The position numbers and the translations under genes were made by a program. From contig NW_021832818.1 in assembly GCF_006345805.1 (NCBI RefSeq), positions 1 through 32,279 on the forward strand: DNA of 32,279 nt, written 5' to 3'. Below, one piece after another: positions 13,320 to 23,978 of the stretch. The DNA comes from Octopus sinensis (Eukaryota). Every line of letters begins with the position of its first letter. Position 1 is the stretch's first letter. The notes under the pieces were generated by a model that was not told the origin of the DNA, made no database searches, and saw only the letters and a list, made by a program, of their open reading frames with translations.

Positions 13320-13597
13320 AGCTCATAAGGGCCGGTATCCCGGTTTCCTTGACGTATAGGTTTCCCACCTGGACGGGACGCCGGTCTATCGCAGGTGAGC
13401 TGCAAGATGCAGGAGGAAAGAGTGAGAGAAAGTTGTGGCGAAAGAGTCAGCAGAAGTTCGCAATTACCTTCTGTCGGAGCCGCATGGAGCTTAGGTGTTT
13501 CGCTCATAAATACACACAACGCGCAGTCTGAGATTCGAACCCGCGATCCCTCGGCCGCGAGTTCGCTGCTCTAACCACTAGGTCATGTGCCTCCACA
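13320..13597 (-). mobile_element. tRNA-derived SINE, family C-like head with tail type 3
   Basis: Head TGACCTAGTGGTTAGAGCAGCG...GGGTTCGAATCTC; tail GCGATAGACCGGCGTCCCGTCCAGG differs from the other family C copies. Confidence 0.85.
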
Positions 13598-13666
13598 GAT
13601 ATATACATACTTATAGCTAATTAAAAAGTCTCTATAAGAGATTAAAGCCGCAACTATATTGAGAAC

Positions 13667-13959
13667 TAACGGTTATCAGCACTTAAACACGTATATTCCG
13701 TAAGAACTGACGTTACTACCATTTTAACCCTCGGAGGTTTCCTATAACTGGTTATTCGATGCAATCTGCTCCTGATATATATTGCAAACAAGGTACTGAA
13801 CCCCTACATCCTTCCAGCCACGAGATCACCCGACTGTACGGTTTCGAGCTCTTTGTGTTCATCCTCGAGTGACCAGCTGGAAGAGGCGTCCCCCGAGGTT
13901 AAAATGGTAGTAACGTCATTTCTTACGGAACAGCCATGTTTAAGTCGCGATAACCATTA
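13667..13959. mobile_element. MITE-like element with imperfect terminal inverted repeats of about 67 bp
   Basis: 13667-13734 is the reverse complement of 13893-13959 (shared core TTCCGTAAGAA.TGACGTTACTACCATTTTAACC). Confidence 0.75.
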
Positions 13960-13963
13960 ACAC

Positions 13964-14008
<45 letters not shown>

Positions 14009-14009
14009 T

Positions 14010-15240
14010 TGGAATTTACAAAAAAAAAACAAAACAAGGACGAAGATGTGTGTGTAAACAACGAAAAGATGTAATAGTTTAACACTCGGGAAGTGAGAAA
14101 GTCTTTAACGTTTCGAGCCTATGCTCTTCAACAGAAAGGAACACAGAAATAAGCAGTAAGAGAAAATAAAAAAAGGTTTAGAGGCTAGTGATCAATCATG
14201 GCGGATGCCGGACAGAGGTTGACAGGCAGGAGAGCTAGGAAGAAGGGGAGATAAAAAAAGTAGTGGTGATGTCGAAACTAAGGTGCGCATGCGTGTGCAT
14301 GTAAGAGCGTGTATGTGAGTGTGGATAAGGGTTGGTGACCTTGACGTGTGCGTGTGTACATGTGTGTGTGGATGATGGTGTGGGTACGGAGTAGTGTGAT
14401 GTGGTGTGGTATGATATGGTGGTGTGTGGTGTGGTGGTGTGTTTGGTGTGGTGGTGTGTGATGTGGTAACATGTTGTGTGGTGGTGTGTAGTGTGGTATG
14501 GAGTGTGTGGTGTGGTAGTGTTGGGGTGTGGGGGAGGCGAGGGTAGTGGGAAGCAAGGGTGGGGTGTTGGTTAGGGTGAGGCTGGGGATAGGGTGGGGTA
14601 TGTCGGGTGGAGTGTGAGGGTGGCGTGTGAGGGTAGCGTGTGAAGGTGGAGTGTGAGGGTGGATGAGGTATGTGGAAGTGGAATGTGTGGGATGAAGTGG
14701 GAGTGGGGTGGGAGTGGGATGGGATGTATAGGGATGGTAGGGTGGGAATGTGCAGGGGTTGGGTAACGATGGAGGGTGACGATGAAGAGAGAGGGTGGAA
14801 GAGAGAAAGTAGGTAGAAGTGAAGAGAGGAAATAGGTGTCAGAGCAAGAGAGGAGAGGTGAGTAGGAGTGAGAGGAGGAAATAGGTGTGAGAAGAAGAGA
14901 GGAGAGAGGAAGGGTTAGATGAAGAGGGGAGGAGAGTTGAGACTATGTGTCTCAAAGGAGCGAAGAGAGAAGATTAATTCTTGTTCGCGGCGAAGATGGG
15001 AGTCCGGATGGCCCCTGTGCAAGGACAATCTATCAAAGGGTACCATCTATAAAATAGTACCCTCGAATGTACAATACTACAGGGTGCCATTACGTAAGAC
15101 CAAATTAACAATATCTATGGGCAGCCAGTCGCAGCACACAAACAGTCTGTTGGCTTGTGAGACCTTCAGGCAGTTGACCTATCTGGCCATGTCTTTAAAC
15201 AGTACTGCTTCTCCGCAACATGTCAACCTGATATAAACTT
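14010..15240 (-). mobile_element. Penelope-like element 3' part: decayed GIY-YIG end, simple-repeat spacer, terminal repeat
   Basis: YIRLT (YIG-like) near 15235; LSLHRGHPDSHLRREQELIFSLRSFETHSLNSPPLFI* ending at 14915 resembles the REQxLIFxLxTxxPxGLN end of PLE endonucleases; hammerhead-like motif in the terminal repeat. Confidence 0.75.
14103..14138 (-). ncRNA. Minimal type I hammerhead-like motif, core variant A6U
   Basis: CUUU-CUGUUGA-A-GAGC(AUAG)GCUC-GAAA-CG-UU-AAAG: stems I and II pair, stem III is palindromic ACGU, GUU site. Confidence 0.6.
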
Positions 15241-15254
15241 AAGTGTTCTTTGGT

Positions 15255-15405
15255 GCATGCACGAAACGTGGTTGCGAAGTTTCTTTCGCAACCACGTGGT
15301 TAACAGTTCCACCCCATTACATTACACAGTACCTTTTCACCTTGAGCAAGTGTCTTCGACTACAGCTCGGAGCCGACCGATTTCTTGTGAGTGAATTTGT
15401 TACAC
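15255..15405 (+). mobile_element. Decayed SINE family A head
   Basis: CCTTGAGCAAGTGTCTTCGACTACAGCTCGGAGCCGACCGA...TTGTGAGTGAATTTG. Confidence 0.6.
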
Positions 15406-16019
15406 AGAAACTGTTGTTGCTATCATTCCATTTTCAAGACGTTGGCGTGTAATTTGTGATAAGATATTTAACTTCTATATCTATCAAATCGAGCGCCCAC
15501 ATTAGACGCTCCGCTCCTTTTGTTGGCTCATTTACTGTTCTCTTTTTTTTTCACTTTTTTTTACAAATTGCTGTTCTCAGCACCACCGACAATAACAAGA
15601 GTCAAACGCACATGCAAACTAATACATACGCATACACAGGCGCACGTACACACACACACAGAAACTCACTACATAAATTATTGATGACAGCATTATAATA
15701 AATATTTATCGTTGTGAATCTCAAGAGTGCTCAACAGGCGCTTTCGATAATTTATTGACCTAATAACGTGGAATATACAATAGCTACTATCCATGGGAGC
15801 TGTAGTCGTTAAAAGTATTTGATTACAGTTTTCTCTTGATGGAATAACAATTAAAAAAAATAATGAAAAGCTAACACAAAAAATTGAAATTAAATAAGTC
15901 GCGTGATGTAAATTATCGCAACTTCCGATTATAATATAACCCGTTATTTACTGGTTGAGCCACCCATGATAATTAATTTTATTTAAAAGTCGAACTAGGA
16001 CTAGGTTAAGAATGCTGGG

Positions 16020-16325
16020 TGGTGGTGGTGGTGGTGGTGGTAGTAGTGACGGATGTGTGTGTGTGTGTGTATGTGTCTGTCTGTCTGTCTGTTGGTCTGC
16101 CTGTCTGTGTCTGAGTTTTTTTGTCCTGGGGATGTTGTCTTGTTTACAGTATTTGGCACGCCGTGAAACCCAGAATTGTAATCCCGGAACTATGAAAACT
16201 ACTGTAATTTAGTTGGGTGAAAACAAATCCGGTACGCAGAATTAGTAATAGCAACAACCGCAGTAGCAACAGCAGCAGCAGTAGTAGTAGTAGTAGTAGT
16301 GGTGGTGGTGGTGGTGGTGGTGGTG

Positions 16326-16360
<35 letters not shown>

Positions 16361-16427
16361 GGTGGTAGTAGAAGTAGTGGTGGTGGTGGTGGTGGTGGTG
16401 GTGGTGGTGGTGGTGGTAGTGGTAGTG

Positions 16428-16472
<45 letters not shown>
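16020..16472. repeat. (GGT)n/(AGT)n/(AGC)n trinucleotide tracts
   Basis: Direct reading; source of the poly-V, poly-G/S and poly-P/L ORFs. Confidence 0.9.
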
Positions 16473-16475
<3 letters not shown>

Positions 16476-16507
16476 ACTTCAGAAGCCGCAACAATAATGG
16501 TAATAAA

Positions 16508-16775
16508 GGAGCACTCCGTCGGTTACGACGACGTGGGTCCCATCTGATACGATCAACGGAACAGCTTGCTCGTGAAATTAACGTGCAAGTGACTGAGCAA
16601 TCTCAGGGAGATTCAGCGTGACACACAGGTACTACTCATTTTTGCCAGCTGAGTGGACTGGAGTAACGTGAAATAAAGTGTCTTGCTCAAGGACACAACG
16701 CGTCGCCGGGAATTGAACTCGCGACCTTACAATCGTGAGCCGATTGCCCTAACCACTAAGCCACGCGCCTTCACA
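16508..16775 (-). mobile_element. tRNA-derived SINE, family D (CORE-like head, tail type 2), internally deleted
   Basis: Head TGGCTTAGTGGTTAGGG...GAGTTCAATTCCC; GTGTCCTTGAGCAAGACACTT; homologous to 20791-21109 with two deletions. Confidence 0.85.
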
Positions 16776-16788
16776 ATAGTAATATATA

Positions 16789-17175
16789 GGAGGAAGCACT
16801 CCGTCGGTTACGACGACGAGGGTTCCGGTTGATCCGAATCAACGGAACAGCCTGCTCGTGAAATTAACGTGTAAGTGGCTGAGCACTCCACAGACACGTG
16901 TACCCTTAACGTAGTTCTCGGAGATATTCAGCGTGACACAGAGAGTGACAAGGCCGGCCCTTTGAAATACAGGTACAACAGAAACAGGAAGTTAGAGTGA
17001 GAGAAAGTTGTGGTGAAAGAGTACAGCAGGGATCACCACCATCCCCTGCCGGAGCCTCGTGGAGCTTTAGGTGCTTTCGCTCAATAAACACTCACAACGC
17101 CCGGTCTGGGAATCGAAACCGCGATCCTATGACCGCGAGTCCGCTGCCCTAACCACTGGGCCATTGCGCCTCCAC
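16789..17175 (-). mobile_element. Chimeric SINE: family C head with tail type 2, 11-bp TSD
   Basis: Head matches 10090; tail matches 20791; TSD AGTAATATATA at 16778-16788 and 17176-17186. Confidence 0.9.
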
Positions 17176-17581
17176 AGTAATATATACGCCAACGGCAATA
17201 CAAACCACGACAGCAGCAGCAATCGCAGCAACTTCTACTTCTGTTCCTGCAACATCTGCATCAACAAAATTAACAGTAGTATCAGTAGTAACAGCAAGAG
17301 TCACAACAGAAACAGCAGCAATACGAACAACAACGAAAAATTATCAGCAGCATCGACAGCGCCCTCAGTAACAACCGAAGAGCAGCTTGAATAGCTGCAT
17401 CAGCAACAACGACACAAATAACAGTAGCTTGACAACAATATCAACACTCTAACTACATCGTATCGTTTTGCTGTACGAAGAGTTTTGTGAGAAGATGATA
17501 GGAAGTAGATCAAAACTTTGACCGAAAGTCAAATAACAACATCTAATATAACTGCAACGTCAGTCTTGTTCAGTAATGTCA

Positions 17582-17881
17582 TCTATATATATAAAAGAGA
17601 AGTTGTGTGGTGTCTGTCTCCTACGATTTAGATTCCTAACTACTCCCACATTTTGCGGTGCAGTTTAACCAAAAGCGGGTATCTTATAGTCGTGATTCAT
17701 ATCGAGCCCTTCTGGGTATTAGCGCGCGTCTACGATGAGTCTACGATTTAAAAAAAAAATTACCATAATTTTTTTCCATTTTTAATGCATTTTTGCTATT
17801 ATATAAGGGAAGTTACTCTCTAAAAATGCTTATATAGTTATTTCCCTTACAAACCCGAGCAACGCCGGGCGATACTGCTAG
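17582..17881 (+). mobile_element. Non-autonomous Helitron, 300 bp
   Basis: Starts TCTATATATATAAAA, subterminal hairpin CCCG..CGGG at 17854-17869, ends CTAG, inserted between A17581 and T17882. Confidence 0.9.
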
Positions 17882-18144
17882 TACTAGATATAAATTGACA
17901 CTGGTATTTGTAAAATGAAAACAGTGGAAGAACGAAGTCTGCCAAATGAAGTATTACGGTTGGCAGATGTAAGTCAGAGATTCAACGTTTTTAGGCGAAA
18001 CTCAGAGAAAACAAAACTGAAGCATAGGGAGGCGGTAGGAGTATATATCGCAGATACTTGTACCTAAATCAGAAACTATTGTTATTATCACCACCCTCTT
18101 CGTCGTCGTCATCATCATCATCGTCGTCATCGTTGCTATTATTA

Positions 18145-18480
18145 TTGGCTCAGTGGTTAGAGCGTCGAGCTTACGATCGTGAGGTTGTGAGCTCGAATCC
18201 CGGACCGGGCTGCGTGTTGTGTTCTTGAGCAAGGCACTTTATTTCACGTTGCTCCAGTTCACTCAGCTGTAGAAATGAGTTGCGACGTGACTGGTACCAA
18301 GCTGTATCGACCTTTGTCTTTCCCTTGGATAACACTGGTGACGTGGAGAGGGGAGGCTGGTATGCATGGGCGACTGCTGGTCTTCCATAAACAACCTTGC
18401 CCGGACTTGTGTCTAGGAGGGTAACTTTCTAGGTGCAATCCCATGGTCATTCATGACCGAAGGGGGTCTTTACCCTTACC
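18145..18480 (+). mobile_element. tRNA-derived SINE, family D-like head with tail type 4
   Basis: TGGCTCAGTGGTTAGAGC...GCTCGAATCCC; GTGTTCTTGAGCAAGGCACTTTATTTCACGTTGCTCCAG shared with family D; different tail ending GGGGGTCTTTACCCTT. Confidence 0.85.
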
Positions 18481-18574
18481 CTTTATTTCAGTCTAATTGT
18501 CATTGTAAATGACTGAGGCTTTCTTTTCTCTGTCTCTGTTGCTTCACTCCTTTTCTCTGCGGTTAAGAGAGTGA

Positions 18575-18720
18575 AGGGGCATGGCTCAGTGGTTAGGGGT
18601 ATTCGGCCCACGATCGTAAAGTCCTGAGTACGATTTCCTGCGGCGCGCTATGTTTTTGAATAAGGTACTCCACTTCACCTTGCTGTAGTCCACTTAGCTG
18701 GCAAAAATGAGTCGTAATTC
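18575..18720 (+). mobile_element. Decayed SINE family D head
   Basis: TGGCTCAGTGGTTAGGGG...CCACTTAGCTGGCAAAAATGAGT. Confidence 0.65.
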
Positions 18721-19034
18721 AATGGAGCCAATCTTATCACATTTTATGTGCGGTTGAATCTCCCAGAGAACTGGTATGATTATTATTATTTTTTTTTTCT
18801 TCTTTCAAATTGCTTCCATTTCTTGCCGAGTGTCTTCCCGACTCCTAGGGCAAAGAAACTCATAGTATACATTGGTAGGCATTAAACTAAACACAATAGT
18901 TCGTTCATTTTTTTTTAAGTTAAATTAAAATACATGGGTAGTAATAGTTCTCACATCTACAATGCTCTTCTTAATACGTGTGATGTACCAGTTAAGACAA
19001 TCTTTTGCACTTCTTGCAGGGATGGTTGGCAGTT

Positions 19035-19060
19035 GTTATTATTATTATATTATTATTATA

Positions 19061-19099
<39 letters not shown>

Positions 19100-19108
19100 T
19101 TATTATTA

Positions 19109-19147
<39 letters not shown>

Positions 19148-19210
19148 CATTATCATCATCATCATTATTATTATTATTATTGTTATTGTTGTTGTTGTTG
19201 TTTATTATTA

Positions 19211-19245
<35 letters not shown>

Positions 19246-19275
19246 TATTATTATTATTATCATTATTATTATTAT
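19035..19275. repeat. (ATT)n trinucleotide repeat
   Basis: Direct reading. Confidence 0.95.
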
Positions 19276-19279
19276 TCTG

Positions 19280-19497
19280 TAAGCCGACAGAATCGTTAGC
19301 ACGCCGGGCAAAATGCTTAGGGAAATTTTCTCTCTGTCTTTACGTTCTCAGTTCAAATTCCGCCAGGAACGACTTCGCATTTCATTCTTTCGGGGGGGGG
19401 TCAATGAAATAAGTACTTGTTAAACACTGGAATCAGCATAATCGACTTACCCACTCTCACGAGCTTGCTGCCCTTGTGTCAAGATTTGAAACCATTA
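19280..19497 (+). mobile_element. SINE family B, single unit with alternative tail
   Basis: CAGAATCGTTAGCACGCCGGGCAAAATGC...GTTCAAATTCCGCC...TTTCATTCTTTCGGGG...TTTGAAACCATTATT. Confidence 0.8.
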
Positions 19498-19509
19498 TTA
19501 GTGTATATC

Positions 19510-19720
19510 CGCCTATCACACACCCAAGGATAACTGAACCTCTATAATTAATGGTTCGGCTTCGCGTTTCAAGTTTCCATCTGTCAAGCACACCCAACAT
19601 TCTTTACTTCCAGTATCTTCACTTTGTTCCGTAAATCGGCCATTGTAATTCGGTCTCTTTCCAATAATTTGTCCCGCTGTACTCTCCATTCCTGAATACT
19701 CTTACTATTTCAGCGACTTG
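19510..19720 (-). mobile_element. Decayed R4/Dong-like LINE ORF fragment
   Basis: YNGRFTEQSEDTGSKECWVCLTDGNLKREAEPLIIEVQLSL resembles the post-RT HGQF...SWxWLxxGxLKxETExLIxAxQ motif. Confidence 0.65.
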
Positions 19721-19734
19721 TGGATACTCATTTT

Positions 19735-20165
19735 ACTCTTACTCTTTTACTCTTTTACTCTTTTATTCTTTTACTTGTTTCAGTCATTTGACTGCGGCCA
19801 TGCTGGAGCACCGCCTTTTAATGGAGCAACTCGACCCCGCGACTTATTCTTTTTGTAAGCCCAGTACTTATTCTATCGGTCTCTTTTGCCGAACCGCTAA
19901 GTGACGGGGACGTAAACACACCAGCATCGGTTGTCAAGCAATGCTAGTGGGGACAAACACAGACACACAAACACACACATACATATATATATATATATAC
20001 ACATATATACGACAGGCTTCTTTCAGTTTCCGTCTACCAAATCCACTCACAAGGCATTGGTCGGCCCGGGGCTATAGCAGAAGACACTTGCCCAAGATGC
20101 CACGCAGTGGGACTGAACCCGGAACCATGTGGTTGGTAAACAAGCTACTTACCACACAGCCACTA
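19735..20165 (-). mobile_element. SINE family A, full length
   Basis: Reverse complement of the 3085 and 11602 copies, with (TTTTACTC)n tail. Confidence 0.9.
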
Positions 20166-20374
20166 TATATTTTTTTCTCTATGCATAACAATTTTTCAGA
20201 CCCATTATCGCAATTCTGATGGTGACTTCTGCGTTTAACAAACCTCTGCCACCTTACTTTTATGCGAAGTTGAGCATGTCGATATTACTTGCCTGTTGCA
20301 CAGTTTGAGCAACTTCGTAGTCCTATCCAATTCCTGTATTTGGCATTTAAAATCGTTAGCGTAGGTGTGTGTGC

Positions 20375-20575
20375 GCATGTGTGTTGCCTTTGTGTCAGTG
20401 TTTGTCTCCCACCACCGCTTGACAACCGAAGTAGGTGCGTTTATGTTCTCGTAAGTTAGCGGTTCCTCAAAAGAGACCGAATTAGTACGAGGCTTTAATA
20501 AAACGTAAGTGTTGGGGGTCGATTCATTCGAGTAAAAATTCTTCAAAACGGTGCCCCAGCATGGCCGCAATCTAA
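20375..20575 (+). mobile_element. Decayed SINE family A tail
   Basis: CCACCGCTTGACAACCG...AAAGAGACCGAATTAGTAC...CCCCAGCATGGCCGCA. Confidence 0.7.
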
Positions 20576-20790
20576 TGATTGTTATCACACTGTTGCAATG
20601 TATTCGTTTATCCATAACGATATAACATCTAGCGACGAGGATCGTTCGAAACGCAAAAACAAATACAACAACAACAATAAGAATACGAGGCTCAGACACA
20701 AAAAGTTCTAAGGTGTTTTCAGCGGAGAGTGATTGCGACGGAAAAACAAGAAAGTTCGTGCACGTAAAAATAAATGATGTGAATACTAAA

Positions 20791-21109
20791 GACTCCGCCG
20801 GTTACGACGACGAGGGTCCCAGATGATACGATCAACGGAACAGCTTGCTCGTGAAATTAACGTGCAAATGGCTGAGCATTCCACAGACACGTGTACCCTT
20901 AACGTAGTTCTCGGGGAAAATCAGCGTGACACAGAGAGTGACAAGGCTGACCCTTGAAATACAAGTACAACTCATTTTTGCCAGCTGAGTGGACTGGAGC
21001 AACGTGAAATAAGTGTCTTGCTCAGGGACACAACGCGTCGCTGGGAATCGAACTCACAACCTTACGATCATGAGCCGAATGCCCTAACCACTAAGCCACG
21101 CGCCCTCAC
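20791..21109 (-). mobile_element. SINE family D, full length, 15-bp TSD
   Basis: TSD GATGTGAATACTAAA at 20776-20790 and 21110-21124; tRNA-like head near 21050-21109. Confidence 0.92.
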
Positions 21110-21489
21110 GATGTGAATACTAAATTACAGTTAGACACAAGTAGTGACTTCTCCATTATAAACATGGATACTTAGAAAAAAAAAATTTGTAAACCAAGAT
21201 TACATAAAACAACGAAAGTAGCGCGTGGTGTAATGGCAATAAATTATATTTCATGGGCAAAACGTGTATTGACGTCACATTTCGATGAGAGACACGCGAA
21301 GCAAAATTGGTTAGAACTATTCGATTTATGACACCTCCTCTTAAATCTTTACCGCAATAACATAGATGGTTGACATTATAGATGAAACAGACGAAAGTCA
21401 GGAGATAGGAAAATAAGGTGTTGTACGGGAGGCTGTTGGACCGAGAATGAAAGATCTTGTCTTCGAAAGAACTGAAGAAAGAAGTGAAA

Positions 21490-21930
21490 AAAAAAAGTTC
21501 CCACAAGTGTTATCAGAGGATTTAGGTCAGTGTAGAAAGACGGAAGCCAATTTCCAAGTAATTGAAAACGATGTACCTGTATTTAAAGCAAACAGAAAAG
21601 TACCGTTCGCGGCAATTGAAGAAACCGTAAATGAAGAGTTGTACAGACTCGAAAAAGTGGAGTCATTAAAAGGGTGGATTACTCGAAGTGGGCGGCACCC
21701 ACGGATTGTATAAAAAAATGATAATAAGATTAGGCTATATGCCGATTTCTCTGCAGGATTGGACGACTGCTTAAAAACATACCACCATCCACTCCCAACT
21801 GCAGAGGACATTTTTTTCCAAATTAAATGGTGGGAAATTTTTTTTTTCCAAATTAAATCTGTCTGAAGCCTATTTACAGTTAAAAGTAAATGTAAAATGC
21901 TAAAAGTATTAGGCAATAAATACACAGATT
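21490..21930 (+). mobile_element. Decayed Ty3/gypsy pol fragment (RT N-terminus)
   Basis: FPQVLSEDLGQC...VPVFKANRKVPFAAIEETVNEEL..LEK, then after frameshifts WAAP, IRLYADFSAGLDDCL, HPLPTAEDIFSKLNGG, FSKLNLSEAYLQL. Confidence 0.88.
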
Positions 21931-21949
21931 TTTTCATAGCATTTTTTCA

Positions 21950-22132
21950 TGGCATTTTTTCCGATGGTCGGATAACTGAAGAGATGGCGGCGTGGATTTC
22001 CACCTCGGCATCCGAAACTCGGAGTTTTAACACGGCTACCGAATAATTGTCACATATTACATTTACAGACAAATTCCTCTTTTTACATAATATCGAGGTC
22101 TCTTTCATTCTTTTGTTGTCTTACCATTTTAT

Positions 22133-22135
<3 letters not shown>
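21950..22135 (+). mobile_element. Short hammerhead-bearing repeat, copy A1 (PLE terminal-repeat or retrozyme-like)
   Basis: About 120 bp near-identical to 23809-23925; pyrimidine-rich tail running into (TA)n. Confidence 0.7.
21961..22041 (+). ncRNA. Type I hammerhead ribozyme motif A1
   Basis: GAUAA-CUGAAGA(21976-82)-stem II GAUG..GUGG/CCAC..CAUC-C-GAAA(22014-17)-CUC.G.GAG-UU-UUAAC; one stem I mismatch. Confidence 0.65.
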
Positions 22136-22193
<58 letters not shown>

Positions 22194-22264
22194 GTGTGTG
22201 TTTGTGTGTGTGTGTGTGTGTGTATGTACACACACTTACGTATATATATATATTATATACTATA

Positions 22265-22405
22265 TACTACGAGCTTCTTTCAGTTTCCGGCTTTGGTTGG
22301 GCTGGGGTTATAGAAGAAGACACTTGCTCAAGGTACTTCGCAGTGGTACTGAACCCAGAACCATGTGGTCGGGAAGTAAGCTTCTTACCACACAGCCACT
22401 CCTCC
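22265..22405 (-). mobile_element. SINE family A head
   Basis: Reverse complement of GAGGAGTGGCTGTGTGGTAAGAAGC...CTTGAGCAAGTGTCTTC. Confidence 0.85.
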
Positions 22406-22407
22406 AT

Positions 22408-22536
22408 ATGTCTGCATGTATGTCTGCATGTATGTATGTATGTATGTATGTATGTATGTATGTATGTATGTATGTATGTATGTATGTCTGCATGTGTGTA
22501 TGTATGTATGTCTGCATGTATGTATGTGTGTATGTA
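22408..22536. repeat. (TATG)n microsatellite
   Basis: Direct reading. Confidence 0.95.
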
Positions 22537-23791
22537 TGTTTGTCGGAAAGTAATTTCATTTTTTCACCACTATGAATCAATCAATCATGTCAGAGCCATG
22601 TTCGAATGGGCAGGAGTTGTTTAGAAATAGTGCATCATCTATTTTACCCAACAGCGTGTCATTCCTAATTATATTAGTAATTAACAGCATGGAGGATAAG
22701 AACTTTAGGAAGCAACATATTTGCCATTGCTTACCGTCTGAGTTTCGAAAGAAAAGTACCGCTCCAGAAGCAATGGAAAACATTTGGTAGTTGTATCTGG
22801 ACGTAGTGCAAGCTCGTACATATCAGCTGTGGTTTCAAAGGTTTAAAAATGGCGATTGTGACATATCCGTGAAACCTCGGCCTGGAAGACGATTCACTCT
22901 GAATGACAACCTTTTGAATGAGACTATTGTATCGGATCCACATCAAATCACCAGAGATTTGGCGCAAAGATTTAATACTCCTTGAAGACTTATGGTTGTT
23001 ATTATAATTTTCAGGGTTTTTTAACGTTATCTGCATTGTTAAGCACGAGCACCTCAAGCAAATTGGGGAAACACGCAGAGAGAGATTCTGGGTTTCACAT
23101 GAGCTTACGCTTGAGAACCGAATACAACGCTCCACCATCTGCAGCAGTCTTCTAATCAGGGATAACAATCTGCCATTTCCGCAGTGCATTGTTACAGGTG
23201 ATGGAAAATGGGTTTTGCATTACAACAGAAAACAACAGAAAGGCAATGGTTATCACATAATGAGAGGCCAATGCCAACTCCAAAAGCAGAACCCCATCCA
23301 CAAAACTCCTGGCTCTGTGTTCAGTGGAACATGAAAGGCATGGTCCAACATGAGCTACAGGAGCATGGAATTACCATCAATGCTGATGTCTATTGCCAGC
23401 AGCTTGATCGTGTAAATGAAAATCTACGTCGGAAGTGGCCAGTTTTGGTAAAAAGAAAAGCTGTTATTCTCCAAAATGACAATGCACTGTCACCCTTTTC
23501 AAAACAAAGAAAAAATAAGATCGTTAGGATGGGAAGTTCTTTTACCTCCTCCATACTCACCTGACTTAACACATACGGATTCCCATCAGTTTCGATCACT
23601 AGAACATTTCATAAGTAGCAAAACATTCAGAAACAGAGAGGAAATATAAAACAGTCTTTCAGCCGTTGGGCTGCGGTCGTTGGAAACGATGGAGACGACA
23701 TTCTTGATTAAAACTAGTCAGATAAACGTAGTTTACATTCGTTTCTAGAATCTTTCTCGTAAACCGCAATTACTTTCCCAACACCCTAATA
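22537..23791 (+). mobile_element. Near full-length decayed mariner transposon, about 1.25 kb
   Basis: MEDKNF...WFQRFKNGD...KPRPGR, WVSHEL, IVTGDGKWV, TINADVYCQQLDR, ILQNDNA, PPYSPDL; right TIR CGCAATTACTTTCCCAACACCCTAATA with a partial left TIR GGAAAGTAATT near 22543. Confidence 0.92.
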
Positions 23792-23792
23792 T

Positions 23793-23925
23793 AAATCCAC
23801 GCCGCCATTTTTTCCGATGGCCGGATAACTGAAGAGATGGCGGCATGAATTTCCACCTCGGCATCCGAAACTCGGAGTTTTATCATGGCTACCGAATAAT
23901 TGTCACATATTACATTTACAGATAC
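23793..23925 (+). mobile_element. Short hammerhead-bearing repeat, copy A2, with a 16-bp inverted 5' arm
   Basis: AAATCCACGCCGCCAT (23793-23808) is the exact reverse complement of 21984-21999 in copy A1. Confidence 0.7.
23814..23894 (+). ncRNA. Type I hammerhead ribozyme motif A2
   Basis: GAUAA(23824-28)-CUGAAGA-GAUG...CAUC-C-GAAA(23867-70)-CUC.G.GAG-UU-UUAUC(23880-84); perfect 5-bp proximal stem I plus extension; GUU site at 23877-79. Confidence 0.7.
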
Positions 23926-23978
23926 ATATGTATATATATATATATATATACTTTATTTAAAGCAGCAGAAAATTCAAC

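Noticed and set aside
16144-16621. Gly/Ser-rich or poly-Pro protein exon
   Set aside because: Pure trinucleotide tracts that run into a SINE tail.
13020-19720. The two R4/Dong-like fragments as one interrupted element
   Set aside because: Same strand and order, but 6 kb of unrelated sequence with no connecting homology lies between them.
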